A DNA stretch of 57,718 bases, counting the filler, from Dimorphilus gyrociliatus (Eukaryota; Animalia; Annelida): the NCBI GenBank assembly GCA_904063045.1. It is 3 parts of 3 records of this genome, joined end to end, with 100 filler letters (N's around TTAATTAATTAA, not from the genome) between each part and the next. Parts side by side here need not be neighbours in the genome. Positions count along the whole stretch, not along the records: positions 25,763 to 46,328 come from CAJFCJ010000080.1; 2 more parts are not named here. One strand, 5' to 3'. Positions 25,763 to 36,990 of this stretch are shown here, piece by piece. The notes below the pieces were generated by a model. The model worked only from the letters and a program-made list of their open reading frames with translations. It was not told the origin of the DNA and made no database searches. How positions within the stretch are numbered: the first letter of the stretch is position 1; each line of letters opens with the position of its first letter. Made by a program: the position numbers and the translations under genes.

Positions 25763-28700
25763 TAACTATCAAAGTCAAAAAGAACAAAAGAAAAATCCAT
25801 TACTCGAAATAGAAGAATTACAGTTGGAAAGTATGAATTATGACATTTGTCTAATCAAAATGTACACAATATTAATTCAAATACACTAGAAATTGACAAT
25901 ATTTTACATTGTCCAAAAATAATCTGAACAAGACAGAGAAGAATTAAAAGAAATGATAAAGAATTATGAAATATATTGCTACAAATCAGAATGACATTGG
26001 TTCACCAGATGTTCACCAATGGCAATTGAATTATTGGAAGATATAAAGCCTTTTCAAACAAAGACCATACAGAATTGCACCCAACAAACAGCAGAATGCA
26101 GGATCAATTAAATGGATTATTGGAAAATGGTCTAATTAGAGCAAGCAAAAGCCAAGGCTTCACCCATTGTTTTTGTGAAAAAGAAAGAAGGAACATTAAG
26201 AATGTGTGGATTACAGAAAACTTAACAAGCAATCAAAAAGAATTGTTATCCAATCCCACATCAGAAGATTTATTTGATAAGCTTGGGAGGCCACAAATAT
26301 TTTTCTATATTGGATTAACAAGTGCATTCATCAATTCCAATTAAAGAAGAAATAAGAGAAAACTGCTTTTATTACCACCATTTGGTTTATTGAATTCAAC
26401 CGCATCCATTTGTTTGGCAATGCACCTTCACACTTCAGCTATATCATGGCAAATTTTGTTATTAATGATTGGAAAACTTCTGCATTAATTATATAGGATG
26501 ATATTATAGTTTTTACCAAAACATTGGAAGAACACTTTGTAGCTCTACAGAAACTTATGGAAAGAATCAAGGAAAAAGACTTCAGAATTAAACTGAGCAA
26601 ATGTGCATTCTTACAAGAATCATTCAATTCCTTGGTCATAGAATTACACAGAATGGTATTGAAACTGATCCTGAAAAGATTCAAAAAATAAAAGATGCCA
26701 AATTACCTATTTTGCAAATACTCTGTGATTTTGTGGCATTTTGTGGTTATTATAGAAGATTTGTTAAAGATTTGCAAAAATCACAAAACCTTTGAGAGAA
26801 TTATTAAAAGTACACCAAAAGACAGAAAACTGAAATGGACAAAAAAAGCAGAGGAAGCTTATGAAACACTAAGGAATGCAATGACAGAGCCCCCAATCCT
26901 TCAACTGCCAGACTTTACTAAATCATTCTATTTAACAACAGATGCTTCTAATTATGCAGTTGTGCAGTTCTAGAACAAGAAGGAAGAAGATGGAAGAAAA
27001 TAAGAAAACCAATTTCTTTTGCTTCCAAGCTCCTAATCAATACACAACTAAGATATGCAGCTTATCAAAAAGAGGCTTTTGCAGTATATTGGGCAGTACA
27101 AAAATTCTCCCATTATCTACAGTATAAGAAATTTTTCTCTACACTGATCACCAAATTTGTACAAACATTTGTACAAAACAAACTGAATACAATACTGTTA
27201 AATGGTGATGGCACTTATGGATATGGATTTTGAAATAATATACATACCAGGAAGACTAATAGAGCAGACTGGATATCAAGAATTGGTGAAACTGTATGAA
27301 GTAATTGATTTTCGTAATTTACTTAAGGAAAGATTAAATGAAGAAAAACAAAATGGCAATACAGTTCCCCAATTAGCAGAAAGAAAGATATGCTTAAATG
27401 CTTTTATATTGATACAGAGGACTTAGAAGAATTAGATGATTGTTTAGATGACAATCTAGACAATGATTATGATGAAGACATAACTGAAATCCAAGCCCAG
27501 TTATGAAACTAAAAATCACACCAGTTGAAATAAACTTCTATAGAGAACAAGTATTAGATACTCCACTAATGAAAGTTGTAGACAAATTGAAGGAGAAAAC
27601 TTGATAATGGTCTTTGAATGAATATGGAAACTTTATTGAATCTATGTTTGTAAAAAGACCTTGTATGGTATCTAAATGGCTGTCAACCACTACTTGTAAT
27701 TCCACTATCAACTCTAACCAACTTACTTGGACAAATTCATCAACATCAACTATTTGAGCACTATGGTGTAGACATAACAATTCACACTTTGGAGCAAGCT
27801 TTCTGGCACCCAAAGCTAAAGAAAACAATTAAAGATCACATAAAGAGTTGTGAATTTTGTAGCAATTAAGAGCACCAGGCAACAAACATCTGTTGGTTGA
27901 AACACCTCACCCAACTTTACCAATGCAAAGAATAGCTATGGACATAATGGGACCTCTGACTGGACATGATTCTTACAAGTATATACTTGTCATTATAGAC
28001 CACATGTCCAGATTTACCAACATATTCCCTCTAAAAACTCAAACAGCTGAGGAAATTTCTAAACATTTGTTTTTCAACTATTTCCCAATATTTGGTATCC
28101 CAGAAGAAATTCTCACAGATCAAGGAAGGAATTTTCTTGGGGAAATCTTTACAGAAATGGTGACATCAATGGGAATACGAAAAATTAAAACAACAGCATT
28201 CCATAGCCAAAGTAATGGAATGGTAGAAAGAAAGAATTTGGAAATTCGTAGAGCACTACATAAACATGTAGTTATGGAACAATTAACAGATTGGACAAGA
28301 CAGTTACCATTAATTCAGACATGTTTAAATCAAATTCCAGTTGGAAGCACTGGCAAAACCCCACATGAAATATTATTTGGATTGAAGAATAGAAATGTTT
28401 TAGACCTGTTAATGGAAGTTCCAAGATTAGAACCAACAACAAAATTCTTATTTGATAGAAAACATGAACTTGAAGAAATTAGACAACAGCACTTTGCAAA
28501 TCTGTTCTAAAAAAGAAGGAATATAGAGATAGAGTTAATAAAGCTATTACAAGAAAACCTCCAACTTACAAAATTGGTGATTGGGTACACATAAGAAATG
28601 AAAACATTGGTCAAGGAATGAACAGAATAAATACAAGCAAATGGAGTGGACCATATCTTGTAACTGCTACAGATACTACAAAATGTTTGTATGAATTACA

Positions 28701-28800
28701 AATATTGGCAGATAAAAGAAAATTCTATCATGCTAGTAGACTAAGACTAGCTAACAAACAACCTATAACAGTTAACACAGTGACAGTAAGGAAACACCAA
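25763..28800 (+). pseudogene. pol: Gypsy pol (RT, RNase H, integrase), multiply frameshifted
   Basis: NGLIRASKS, broken Y-x-DD (tatataggatgat), FLGHRIT, LTTDASNYA, HYG...FWHP...CEFC zinc finger, QRIAMDIMGP, LTDQGRNF, SNGMVERKN, KWSGPY. Confidence 0.9.
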
Positions 28801-31245
28801 ACAAATGGTGGAATGCTTCCTATCAGAGGATCAATAATTTATACACTGTTAGCAATATGCTGTTTAAACTTGGTCCAAGCAAATGTATCCATAACAAAAG
28901 CAAACATAACTGTAAGAATGCTACCATCAGTACAGTTTTGTCAAGGACAACAAGTACACCAATCATTTGATTTAGCAGATGAACCAGTATGTACCTTTGA
29001 AACTAAACAAATGATCAAAATTGTAGCTAACATATATGAAATTAAAGCTGACAATTTGGCAATTCAAGCTGTCAAGTGTTTAGTGAAAAGAAGAATCAAT
29101 TTTCTACACTCATTACTTTTTTGGAGCAAAGAAACACAGAATTGAAAAACAAACACTTGCCTTAAGTGAAAACAATGCAGAACAATGCTATACACACACA
29201 AAACCTTAAAATGGACAAAACCTAATTGAAAAAGGCAAACTTCTTATGTATAATGAAAACAAAGGACCAAATTACAAATGGCCAAGAACCACAGTGGTGG
29301 AAGAATTTACAACAATCCTTCAAATTGGCAAGGGCTTATTGGAATCCAAGTCAAGATAAAATAACCACAATTTGGAATATTTAGAAGACTGTTCTATTAA
29401 ACAAAAATTTTGTAGAACTTTGGATTCAATCATTATATTTAATCCAGAAAAAGGCCAAAGTCTTCTAGGCCATGTTTCACCATGGAAAATAGTTTTCCCA
29501 TAATGTGGAATGTGTAAAACTTGGAGGATATTTTTCCTGCCCCAACTATGCAATAATGGATTTACCTTACCAAGACAGATATATCAAAGGATATGGTGGT
29601 CCTGGTACCAGAGTATTGGTACCCCAGAAAGAATATGACTTACTTAGAACTGATCTTACAAATTCTAATTATGCTGACAATAAAATAATAGAGGATACAA
29701 AATACAAGATCATTTCAAATAAAGAAGTTAATAGATTGGAGAAATATATTGGAAAGAAATCATCACTAAGAAAGGCCAATGTCACAGAAATACAAGATAT
29801 TTTAACATATAATGATTGGTATAGAGATGGTGACAAAACCTACCATATGCTGATAAAAAATCATGCAACACCATTAGTGAGGACTTGGTTTGTCAAAGAA
29901 ATTATTTCTCCAGACATCTGGGATATTCACAACAAATACATACTAAAAATGCTGAAAACAACAAAGCTAAAACCTGCCAGACTAGTCAGATCACAAGATT
30001 TTGAATTGGACAAAAAACCAGTTACTTTCAACCCACTCCCAAACATGAACATTTGGTATCAAAGCCCAAAAGATACACAATTTCAAATTCATACAGAAAA
30101 TGGCAAATATACACTTTTACAAAGAAAACCAATAAATCACAAATGGAAGAGGAAACAATTAGAAAACATAGAGATTCCAGAATCCCACCAAATAAATATA
30201 AAAGATGCCTATAAGAACAGCTGCACTACTAAACAATATTGACAAAAATTTTCAAAATTTACAAACAGTTTTTAAACAAGTTTCACAACTTTTATGCAAA
30301 GAATTTATCATGAGAAACAAGATGATAGCCCTACTTACACCACTATCACCTCAACTACCAACAATACTTGGATCTAAACATGGAACCCATAGTACATGGT
30401 TAGGAGATCTAACAACCCTCAATACATGTACAGAATTAAAAACTGTTCAAGTAGTTTGTGACACAACAATTATAACAAAAAATGGATTATGTTCAAAAGA
30501 ATTTCTGATCAAATATAAAGATCTCCTATTCTCAATTGATCCAATACTTCATCATGCTTACCACATCACAAAAGAAGACATAAGATATGGTACATGTGAC
30601 CAAACTCAGCATCTCTTCAAGATCAAGAAAAATCCTTTGGATGCAGAACAAAATCAATATGCCATACATTCTGGCAAGAAGACATTTATCTATTATACAA
30701 GGAAAGGGTGCAGGTTCCAAACAGCAGCAGCACAATCAATCAGAATGAAAATCAACAGTCAAATTGAAGAACCAAAACTAGAAGTTGTCAGACTCACAGA
30801 ATTATTACAACTAGGTATAAAAGAAGATGTGGGCAAGAAACATTATCAGATACAACAAGTTTTGGAATACATACAGGATACTTTGACTAAGCATAGAGAG
30901 CATATTAACTTTGCAAATGATTTAGGAATTGATGCAGCCTTGTCACCAACACAACATCTATTTTCTTCATGGATAAGAAAACCTTTCAAAATACTAATAG
31001 ACACACTTCTGCCAATTATACTCTTGATTGGAATTGGATTCTTCATCTACTTTATTTGGAAGAAAAAACTGAAAAGAGTTCAATTTACCAGACTGTCTAA
31101 ACTACTGACAAAAACAAAAAGATTACCTTCAGCTCCAACAGCTGAATCAGAAGAAATAGAACTGCAAAATTATCCTATGTTCAGAAAAAGTGGTGATAAC
31201 ATAATTGTCACAAGTCCTAGACCTTTCGTGGAAGCAAGGTCTTAA
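28801..31245 (+). CDS. env: Envelope glycoprotein (frameshifted), in frame with the integrase C-terminus; class III fusogen-like cysteine pattern; C-terminal TM
   Basis: Signal-like IIYTLLAICCLNLVQA; FCQG...EPVC...AVKCLVKRRINFYTHYFFG...QCRTM; LLC...LSPQL...WLGD...NTC...LCS; TM ILIDTLLPIILLIGIGFFIYFIW followed by KKKLKR. About 800 codons over several frames. Confidence 0.7.
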
Positions 31246-31255
31246 AGGAGTGGGA
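31244..31255 (+). promoter_or_regulatory. Polypurine tract
   Basis: aaaggagtggga overlapping the env stop and 4 nt before the LTR start. Confidence 0.75.
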
Positions 31256-31259
31256 TGTT

Positions 31260-32195
31260 TGTACACATACATTCGTCAGCTATATTCTACAATAGAGAAG
31301 TAGTATTGAACCAGTATTGTACTATGCAGATAGCACTGATAAAGATAAGCAGTAGTGACCTAGTTTCGCATAGGGCAGTGCATACACATTATGCCAGTAA
31401 TAAAACCTATTGAATTATATAAAGAATATTTGCTATTTGCAACCTAGCATTAATATTACAATTTATTAATCCATAAATTTATGATTTCGAACTAAAACTA
31501 GTTCAATTAATTATCAATTATGCTTAAATTCTAAGGTTAGATTTATATTCACTATTCAACAGTATTGTATACACAATACTGTTCTTTTAACATGCATTAA
31601 TCAGATATACTTCCTCCTTATATGCTGATGCTAAATTTACTAACTCAATCAATTGAATATCATTATTAAGGTAGAATATAAAAACGGTCAAATATACAAT
31701 CTACATGTTTTCTTGATTGTTGGACTTGTCCTACTAAAATTGTTACATCTTATGCAACTCTCCAACCTTCGAAATTCAACTATTATTTAGAAGAGGAAAA
31801 CAATAAAAACATGACCATATTTAGAACTTTTCTTTGTCTTCAAATGTTACTTTTGTTTTTGTGAACATTGAAATTTGTGAACTATCAACCCTTAAAAGAG
31901 TATATAAACCCTACGAAATTAACAGTTGATAGTTCAGTTTTCTAACCGTCAGCTAGTTGTTTAAACTAGCTTGTTTAGAACTAGAAGCTCATTTTACTCA
32001 ATACATATTCTTTGGACGAAATACTGGTGTTTTGTTAATCAATTTCTACCGAAATTGCCTTTGTTAGACTATTTGTGGACGAACTTTAAAGGTTCTATTT
32101 GGACCAGTACTTTGGCAAGTTGGTAAATGATTGGAAAGGACGATTACAGTTGTGACGAACCAGAAATTCCTACAATTACAATACAACAAAGTACA
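31260..32195 (+). repeat. 3' LTR (~936 bp, TGTAC...GTACA)
   Basis: Follows the PPT; 5-bp inverted termini; exactly this interval recurs inverted at 52045-52965. Contains an 11-bp-stem hairpin at 31558-31583 and AATAAA near 31398. Confidence 0.75.
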
Positions 32196-32786
32196 AATAC
32201 CAACAACAATAATAATAATAATAATAGAGAACAGCTGAAAGAAAGAAAAGGTCACCAAATCAGGGTTTATAATATCACCAACAGTCAACATTTAACATAT
32301 GTCATTGTACCAGGGGATGGAAATTGCCTGTTTAGCTCTCTACTTTACTTTCAGACAAGGTTTACATGTCCAAATGTTTTAAGAAAATTTATTGTGGGAC
32401 ATTTGCTATGTGGAAATCTGGGGAATAAAAGTTTATTTGGAAATGTAACATTGAAAAAAAGGATCAAATGGGAGTATCAGAATATGGATAATTATAAAAA
32501 AACCATGTATTACAGTTTAGGTTGGGGGGGTTCTATTGAGATAGAAGCATTTTCGCAATTATTTAACAAGAAAATTGTTGTATATGGTAAACGGTTTCAT
32601 AAATACATAATTGTGGAAATGACAAATATGCATGATGCCAACATTAACCAGATCCACTGCTTAATGTACAAAGATTACCATTATAATCCCATTGTAAATC
32701 AAGTTACAATAGGTAAGTTCAATAAAATAGTTGGTTTTAATCTGTACTATCTTTATTTAATTTCTACAGATTCTGTTCAGGGTTAG
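32196..32786 (+). CDS. OTU-family cysteine protease domain fragment, 5' end replaced by the LTR
   Basis: VPGDGNCLFSSL, WGGSIEIEAFSQLF and YHYN motifs; probable intron (gtaagt...ctacag) near 32713. Confidence 0.8.
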   Translation, partial: NTNNNNNNNNREQLKERKGHQIRVYNITNSQHLTYVIVPGDGNCLFSSLLYFQTRFTCPNVLRKFIVGHLLCGNLGNKSLFGNVTLKKRIKWEYQNMDNYKKTMYYSLGWGGSIEIEAFSQLFNKKIVVYGKRFHKYIIVEMTNMHDANINQIHCLMYKDYHYNPIVNQVTIGKFNKIVGFNLYYLYLISTDSVQG

Positions 32787-33071
32787 ATAACAGCCTTACA
32801 ACTAACCTAAACTATTATAGTCAACAACATCAACTTTACAAATTTCTGTTAATGTTCCTTATGTATGTAAACAAGTTGTGGATTGTTAGGGAAAAACCAG
32901 TTTATAGTATTCCTAACAGTTTGTTAGATGCCATTTTGCTCAGTATTAATAATATATTTGTTTCTATAATCTGAAAAAACATTGATTACAATAAACATTT
33001 TCTTTATAAAACATGGGTTAGTCAAAAACCATTGTATCAAGCACAAACTTCGATGCTTAATATCTCTAATT

Positions 33072-33162
33072 CCAAGCCCACAATTTTTTTTAATTTTTGA
33101 TATGTGTTTTAGTAATATGTTATAAGGCTATATTCAAAAAATAAAAAAAATCGTGGGCTTGG
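33072..33162. repeat. ~28-bp inverted repeat (hairpin)
   Basis: ccaagcccacaattttttttaatttttga ... tcaaaaaataaaaaaaatcgtgggcttgg. Confidence 0.8.
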
Positions 33163-33456
33163 GTTTTGAGCTAGGGGTCAAAACGTAGAAAAAAACATCA
33201 TTTTTTCCTATTTTACACCTCAAACATATAGTTTGCTTCAAAATTTCGAAATTTTGAATCCAATTTATTACTGTACACCTTCAAATTGTTCAATTTAAAA
33301 AAAAAAAAATTCAAAAAAACAGAAAAAAATTTTTAATTGTTAATTTTCTTTCTCCAATATCTCAGCCTACAGATGCCAGCAGATGAAAAGACTTTAGTAA
33401 ATTATTAGTTAGGCATATATATACAAGTTGGCATACTCAACTAAAAAGGAACCCCC

Positions 33457-33507
33457 CTGTAACCCTTACCTAACCTAACCTTACCTAACCCTAACCTAAC
33501 CCTAAAC
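33457..33507. repeat. Degenerate telomere-like (CCCTAA/CCTAA) tract
   Basis: cctgtaacccttacctaacctaaccttacctaaccctaacctaaccctaaac; shorter copies near 37150, 41160, 42505, 45380 and 45882. Confidence 0.85.
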
Positions 33508-33919
33508 AAAATTTAGATCTGGAGAATATCCATTTTATATTCTTCAAAAAATTAGGGGTAATATTGAAAACAGAGTCATTGCTTTTAATATTTTTTTTCT
33601 AATTGTATGTTTTTAATTTTAGTTCTAGTCATTTTTCTTCTTTTCTATTTTCTTTTTAATAAATATTCTTTTAAAAAAAATTTACATTTCTTTTCAATTC
33701 ACTTTACAACTTTCATTTACAATACTTCAATATATTCTCATTCCATTATTTATTTTACTTCAAATTTTATTCAACTTGCCATACATATTTCACTTTGAAC
33801 ACAAATATTTCCCTTTTAATTGTATCAATTTCTACCAATAGAATTAAGTTACTTTTGAACAGTATATTAAATGTCAGCCTATATGTAACACAAAGAACCA
33901 GTTTTGTTAATATTTGATG

Positions 33920-34210
33920 TACAGTTATCAAATTTGGCATACAGAATGATTGTGATATGTCGATCACAAATCTTTTTACAGAATTCAATTATCTTTTACG
34001 GTTCCAGAGTTATGGTGCCGTCAAATTTTGTCAACTTTTTTCTTATATAAGCCTATATATAATATTCGATGGGTGAAAACTAACTTTGTTAATATTTAGA
34101 GTAGAGCTTGGAAATTTGGTATATAGACTGATATTGGTATATCGATATCAAATCTTTTTTAAAAAATTAATAATTTTGTACAGTTCAAAAGTTATAGGAA
34201 CGTAAACATT
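33920..34210 (+). repeat. 182-bp repeat array, left copy set
   Basis: cgat(c)acaaatct motif at ~33960 and ~34142; the same unit occurs at 36007, 36189 and 36337. Confidence 0.75.
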
Positions 34211-34322
34211 TTGGTGGATATTCAATGCACAATATTATATAGGAGTATAATATAACATTTGTTCTGTTTAAAAACTTTGTTTATCCAAGTTGAGACTTTT
34301 ATCTTATTGCAAAGGTGTAGGA

Positions 34323-35516
34323 ATGACATTCCAGAGATACCCCCACCCAACAAAAATATACCCAACCTTTACAGAATATGCTTATAATAGCTTATTGATT
34401 CAAATAAAGCATATTCTTTTAATAGTGTTTAATGCATCTAACAATAATTTTGGAAAATCTTTTGAGACTGTTTTTAAAAAACACATTTTAAATTATCCCT
34501 TACTTGGGAATTTAAAAATTACGGACCATAAAAAGCTGTATGATAGAATAAAAGGTCATTTTGAAACATTTCAAGAAAATGTAGATGCTGAAATACAAAT
34601 GTACTATCAAGAACAAATTGATTTGAATCAATTTTTTTATCTGAAACCACTCCTGAAAACTGCTGAAAATTGGGGACAAATCCAAACAAGTATGAGATAT
34701 ACAATATATCAAGTGTTGAAAAGTAAACCAAATACCATGGAGGGGTCAGAACTTTTTCAATCAATAATTGATGAAATCAAAGACATATATTTTCGTCAAT
34801 CCCAAGAAGAAGAGAGTGAAGAAAAAGAAGATCCATTAAATACAACTGTAGAAATTGAGAATCAGCAGCCAACTCAAACAACAAATTCTCAATCCTCAAC
34901 TGCAGCATCATCTGTCTCAACTTTAAATGAAAATGAACATGTTAATATTGTTAAGAAAGCAAATGAAAGGTATTTTAACTTTGATAATAATAATCATGTA
35001 AATTTTAGAACTTACAATTTTGTACAAGAAGTTGCAAATATTTTTTCCAAAAAAGAACAAAGAAAAATTGTAAAAACATTCTGTCCAACAATGGATTTTA
35101 ATACTGAAGTTGTAATTATATCTAAATATTTTAATGACATTAAAGTACAGGATTTTAAGAAAATTTTTGAAAAACATAATATGAAGAGTGTTCAATTTTT
35201 ACTTTTTAAAAAATTATGTTTCAACAGTTTTCCATATTTACTGTCTGAGTGGCCTTTGCAGGATAAAAAAATTTTTATACTTTTGAAAGAATTTCCAAAA
35301 AAACTTAAATTTGAAATGGTAGAATTGGTAAAACTAAAGCCAAAAATATCAAATGATATATTCTTTTTAAAAGAATTCTTTCCTTCCCATATGGAAAATT
35401 ACATTGGTTGGAATGGTTTCAAATTAATTGACTTTAATCCAAAAAAATATAACAAAGAGCAGACAATGCTTTTGAAATTTATAAAATATGTGTTTTTGGA
35501 AAAGAAATTGGTCTAG
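34323..35516 (+). CDS. Intronless orphan ORF (~397 aa from first ATG), function unknown
   Basis: Uninterrupted ORF 34290-35516; two globular-looking halves separated by an acidic and S/T/Q-rich linker; no motif recognised. Confidence 0.6.
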   Translation: MTFQRYPHPTKIYPTFTEYAYNSLLIQIKHILLIVFNASNNNFGKSFETVFKKHILNYPLLGNLKITDHKKLYDRIKGHFETFQENVDAEIQMYYQEQIDLNQFFYLKPLLKTAENWGQIQTSMRYTIYQVLKSKPNTMEGSELFQSIIDEIKDIYFRQSQEEESEEKEDPLNTTVEIENQQPTQTTNSQSSTAASSVSTLNENEHVNIVKKANERYFNFDNNNHVNFRTYNFVQEVANIFSKKEQRKIVKTFCPTMDFNTEVVIISKYFNDIKVQDFKKIFEKHNMKSVQFLLFKKLCFNSFPYLLSEWPLQDKKIFILLKEFPKKLKFEMVELVKLKPKISNDIFFLKEFFPSHMENYIGWNGFKLIDFNPKKYNKEQTMLLKFIKYVFLEKKLV

Positions 35517-35949
35517 AAATAACAACTTTTATTCCTTTTATATTTGTAAATATGCTTTTAACTTTTTAACTGAAATTTTCTCTTTTTGTACATGTATTTC
35601 TATATATTTGTATATTTTCAACTATGTGCTTTTTTTCTATCTTTCTTATAATGCATTTTAATTTGCAATTTTTAAACAATTTTTTTTGTTTCTTATCATT
35701 TACTCTTTTATAAACTTTGTAAACATTTATTATTTCAATTATATTTCTCTATTTCTACTTTCATGTTTTTAATTTTAGTTTTAGTCATTTTTCTTTTCTA
35801 TTTTATCTTTAAAATAACTGACTCATTCTGTCATTCATTTTGCTTCAAATTTGATGGAAATCGGCCCAGTAGTTGCTGAGATATGATTTTCTTTGAACGT
35901 TATATGTGCATATGTAAAACCAAAATATTCGACATACAAAAATACTAAC

Positions 35950-36410
35950 TTTCTTATTATTTAAGCCACAGTTTTGAAATTTTGCACATAGACTAATTTC
36001 GGTATGCCGATCTCAAATCTTCAAACAGAATTCAATTATCTTTTATGGTTCTTGAGTTATGGCGCCGTCAACTTTTGTTGCTATATAGCATATATAAGCC
36101 TATATGCAATATTCGTTAGGGCTAAACTAACTCTGTAAATATTGAGAATAGAGCTCTGAAATTAACTGTATTTAGTAATTTGGGTACGCCGATCTCAAAT
36201 CTTTTTACAGAATTCAATTATTTTTTTGCTATATAGCACATATAAGCTTATATGGAATATTCGTTAGGGTTAAACTAACCCTGTTAATATTTAGAATAGA
36301 GCTCTGAAGTTGTTTTCATATAGTAATTTGGATACACCGATTCCAAATCCATTTACAGAATTCAATTATCTTTCATGGTTCCAGAGTTATGGCACTATCA
36401 ACATTCATTG
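35950..36410 (+). repeat. 182-bp tandem repeat array (about 2.5 units, one with a deletion)
   Basis: ccgatctcaaatc...cagaattcaattat...gagttatgg...aatattcgttaggg...gaatagagctctgaa repeated. Confidence 0.85.
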
Positions 36411-36921
36411 CTATTGTATCATTCTGATGGATTTGCAGACTTCCCACAGAACTTTTATCAATGTTTATCCTCATCTCTTTTGACAAGTTTGTAGAAAGTA
36501 CTCACAGTCAGGTTAATAATGACCAATAAAAAGGAAAGTTTTCAACAGAGTTTGGTTTACTGGTTTCATTTTCTCACATAGTTGTTGGCACCACATAATC
36601 TTATCTATAGATAATCAGGTTGTGACATGTTCTCACAGATTTTTCCACATATCTCATACACATATATTGTAAATATTTGTTCACATGGTTCATTTGCAGT
36701 TTGCAGATCAAGGAGTCAACATCACATTTAGTTAAATGTGCAACTGCTACAACTGCTTTTGAAAATCAACATCCTTCAATAATAAAATGAATAAAATGGT
36801 ATGTACATTAAACTGTTAAACAGTATTACTATAAGTAGCAGTTTTAATATGATATATATTAATTAAAACCTGAAGAAGACAATTCCCTATTGGAATTCTG
36901 CAACCTCTCTGTAGGTGTAGG

Positions 36922-36990
36922 TTATTAGACCCTGATGAGTCCTTGGTATTCATTATAGAGAGGAGGACGAAACCGTGGTAGGTCGAATAG
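36922..36990 (+). ncRNA. Minimal type I hammerhead ribozyme
   Basis: Stem I UUAUU-A-GACC (36922-31) pairs with GGUC-G-AAUAG (36981-90); core CUGAUGA 36932-38; stem II GUCCUU/GAGGAC 36939-68; GAAA 36969-72; short stem III with loop CGUG; GUA cleavage triplet 36978-80. Confidence 0.85.

Larger units (their letters stand above)
25763..32195 (+). mobile_element. Ty3/Gypsy LTR retrotransposon with envelope gene (5' part lost in the gap)
   Basis: Order RT - RNase H - integrase - env - PPT - 3' LTR. Confidence 0.9.

Noticed and set aside
31256-31460. 205-bp TG...CA unit as the whole LTR
   Set aside because: The second copy extends to 32195 and both ends form TGTAC...GTACA; kept only as an alternative.
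33457-33507. True telomere or chromosome-fusion site
   Set aside because: Tracts are short, degenerate, dispersed in both orientations and embedded in small repeats.
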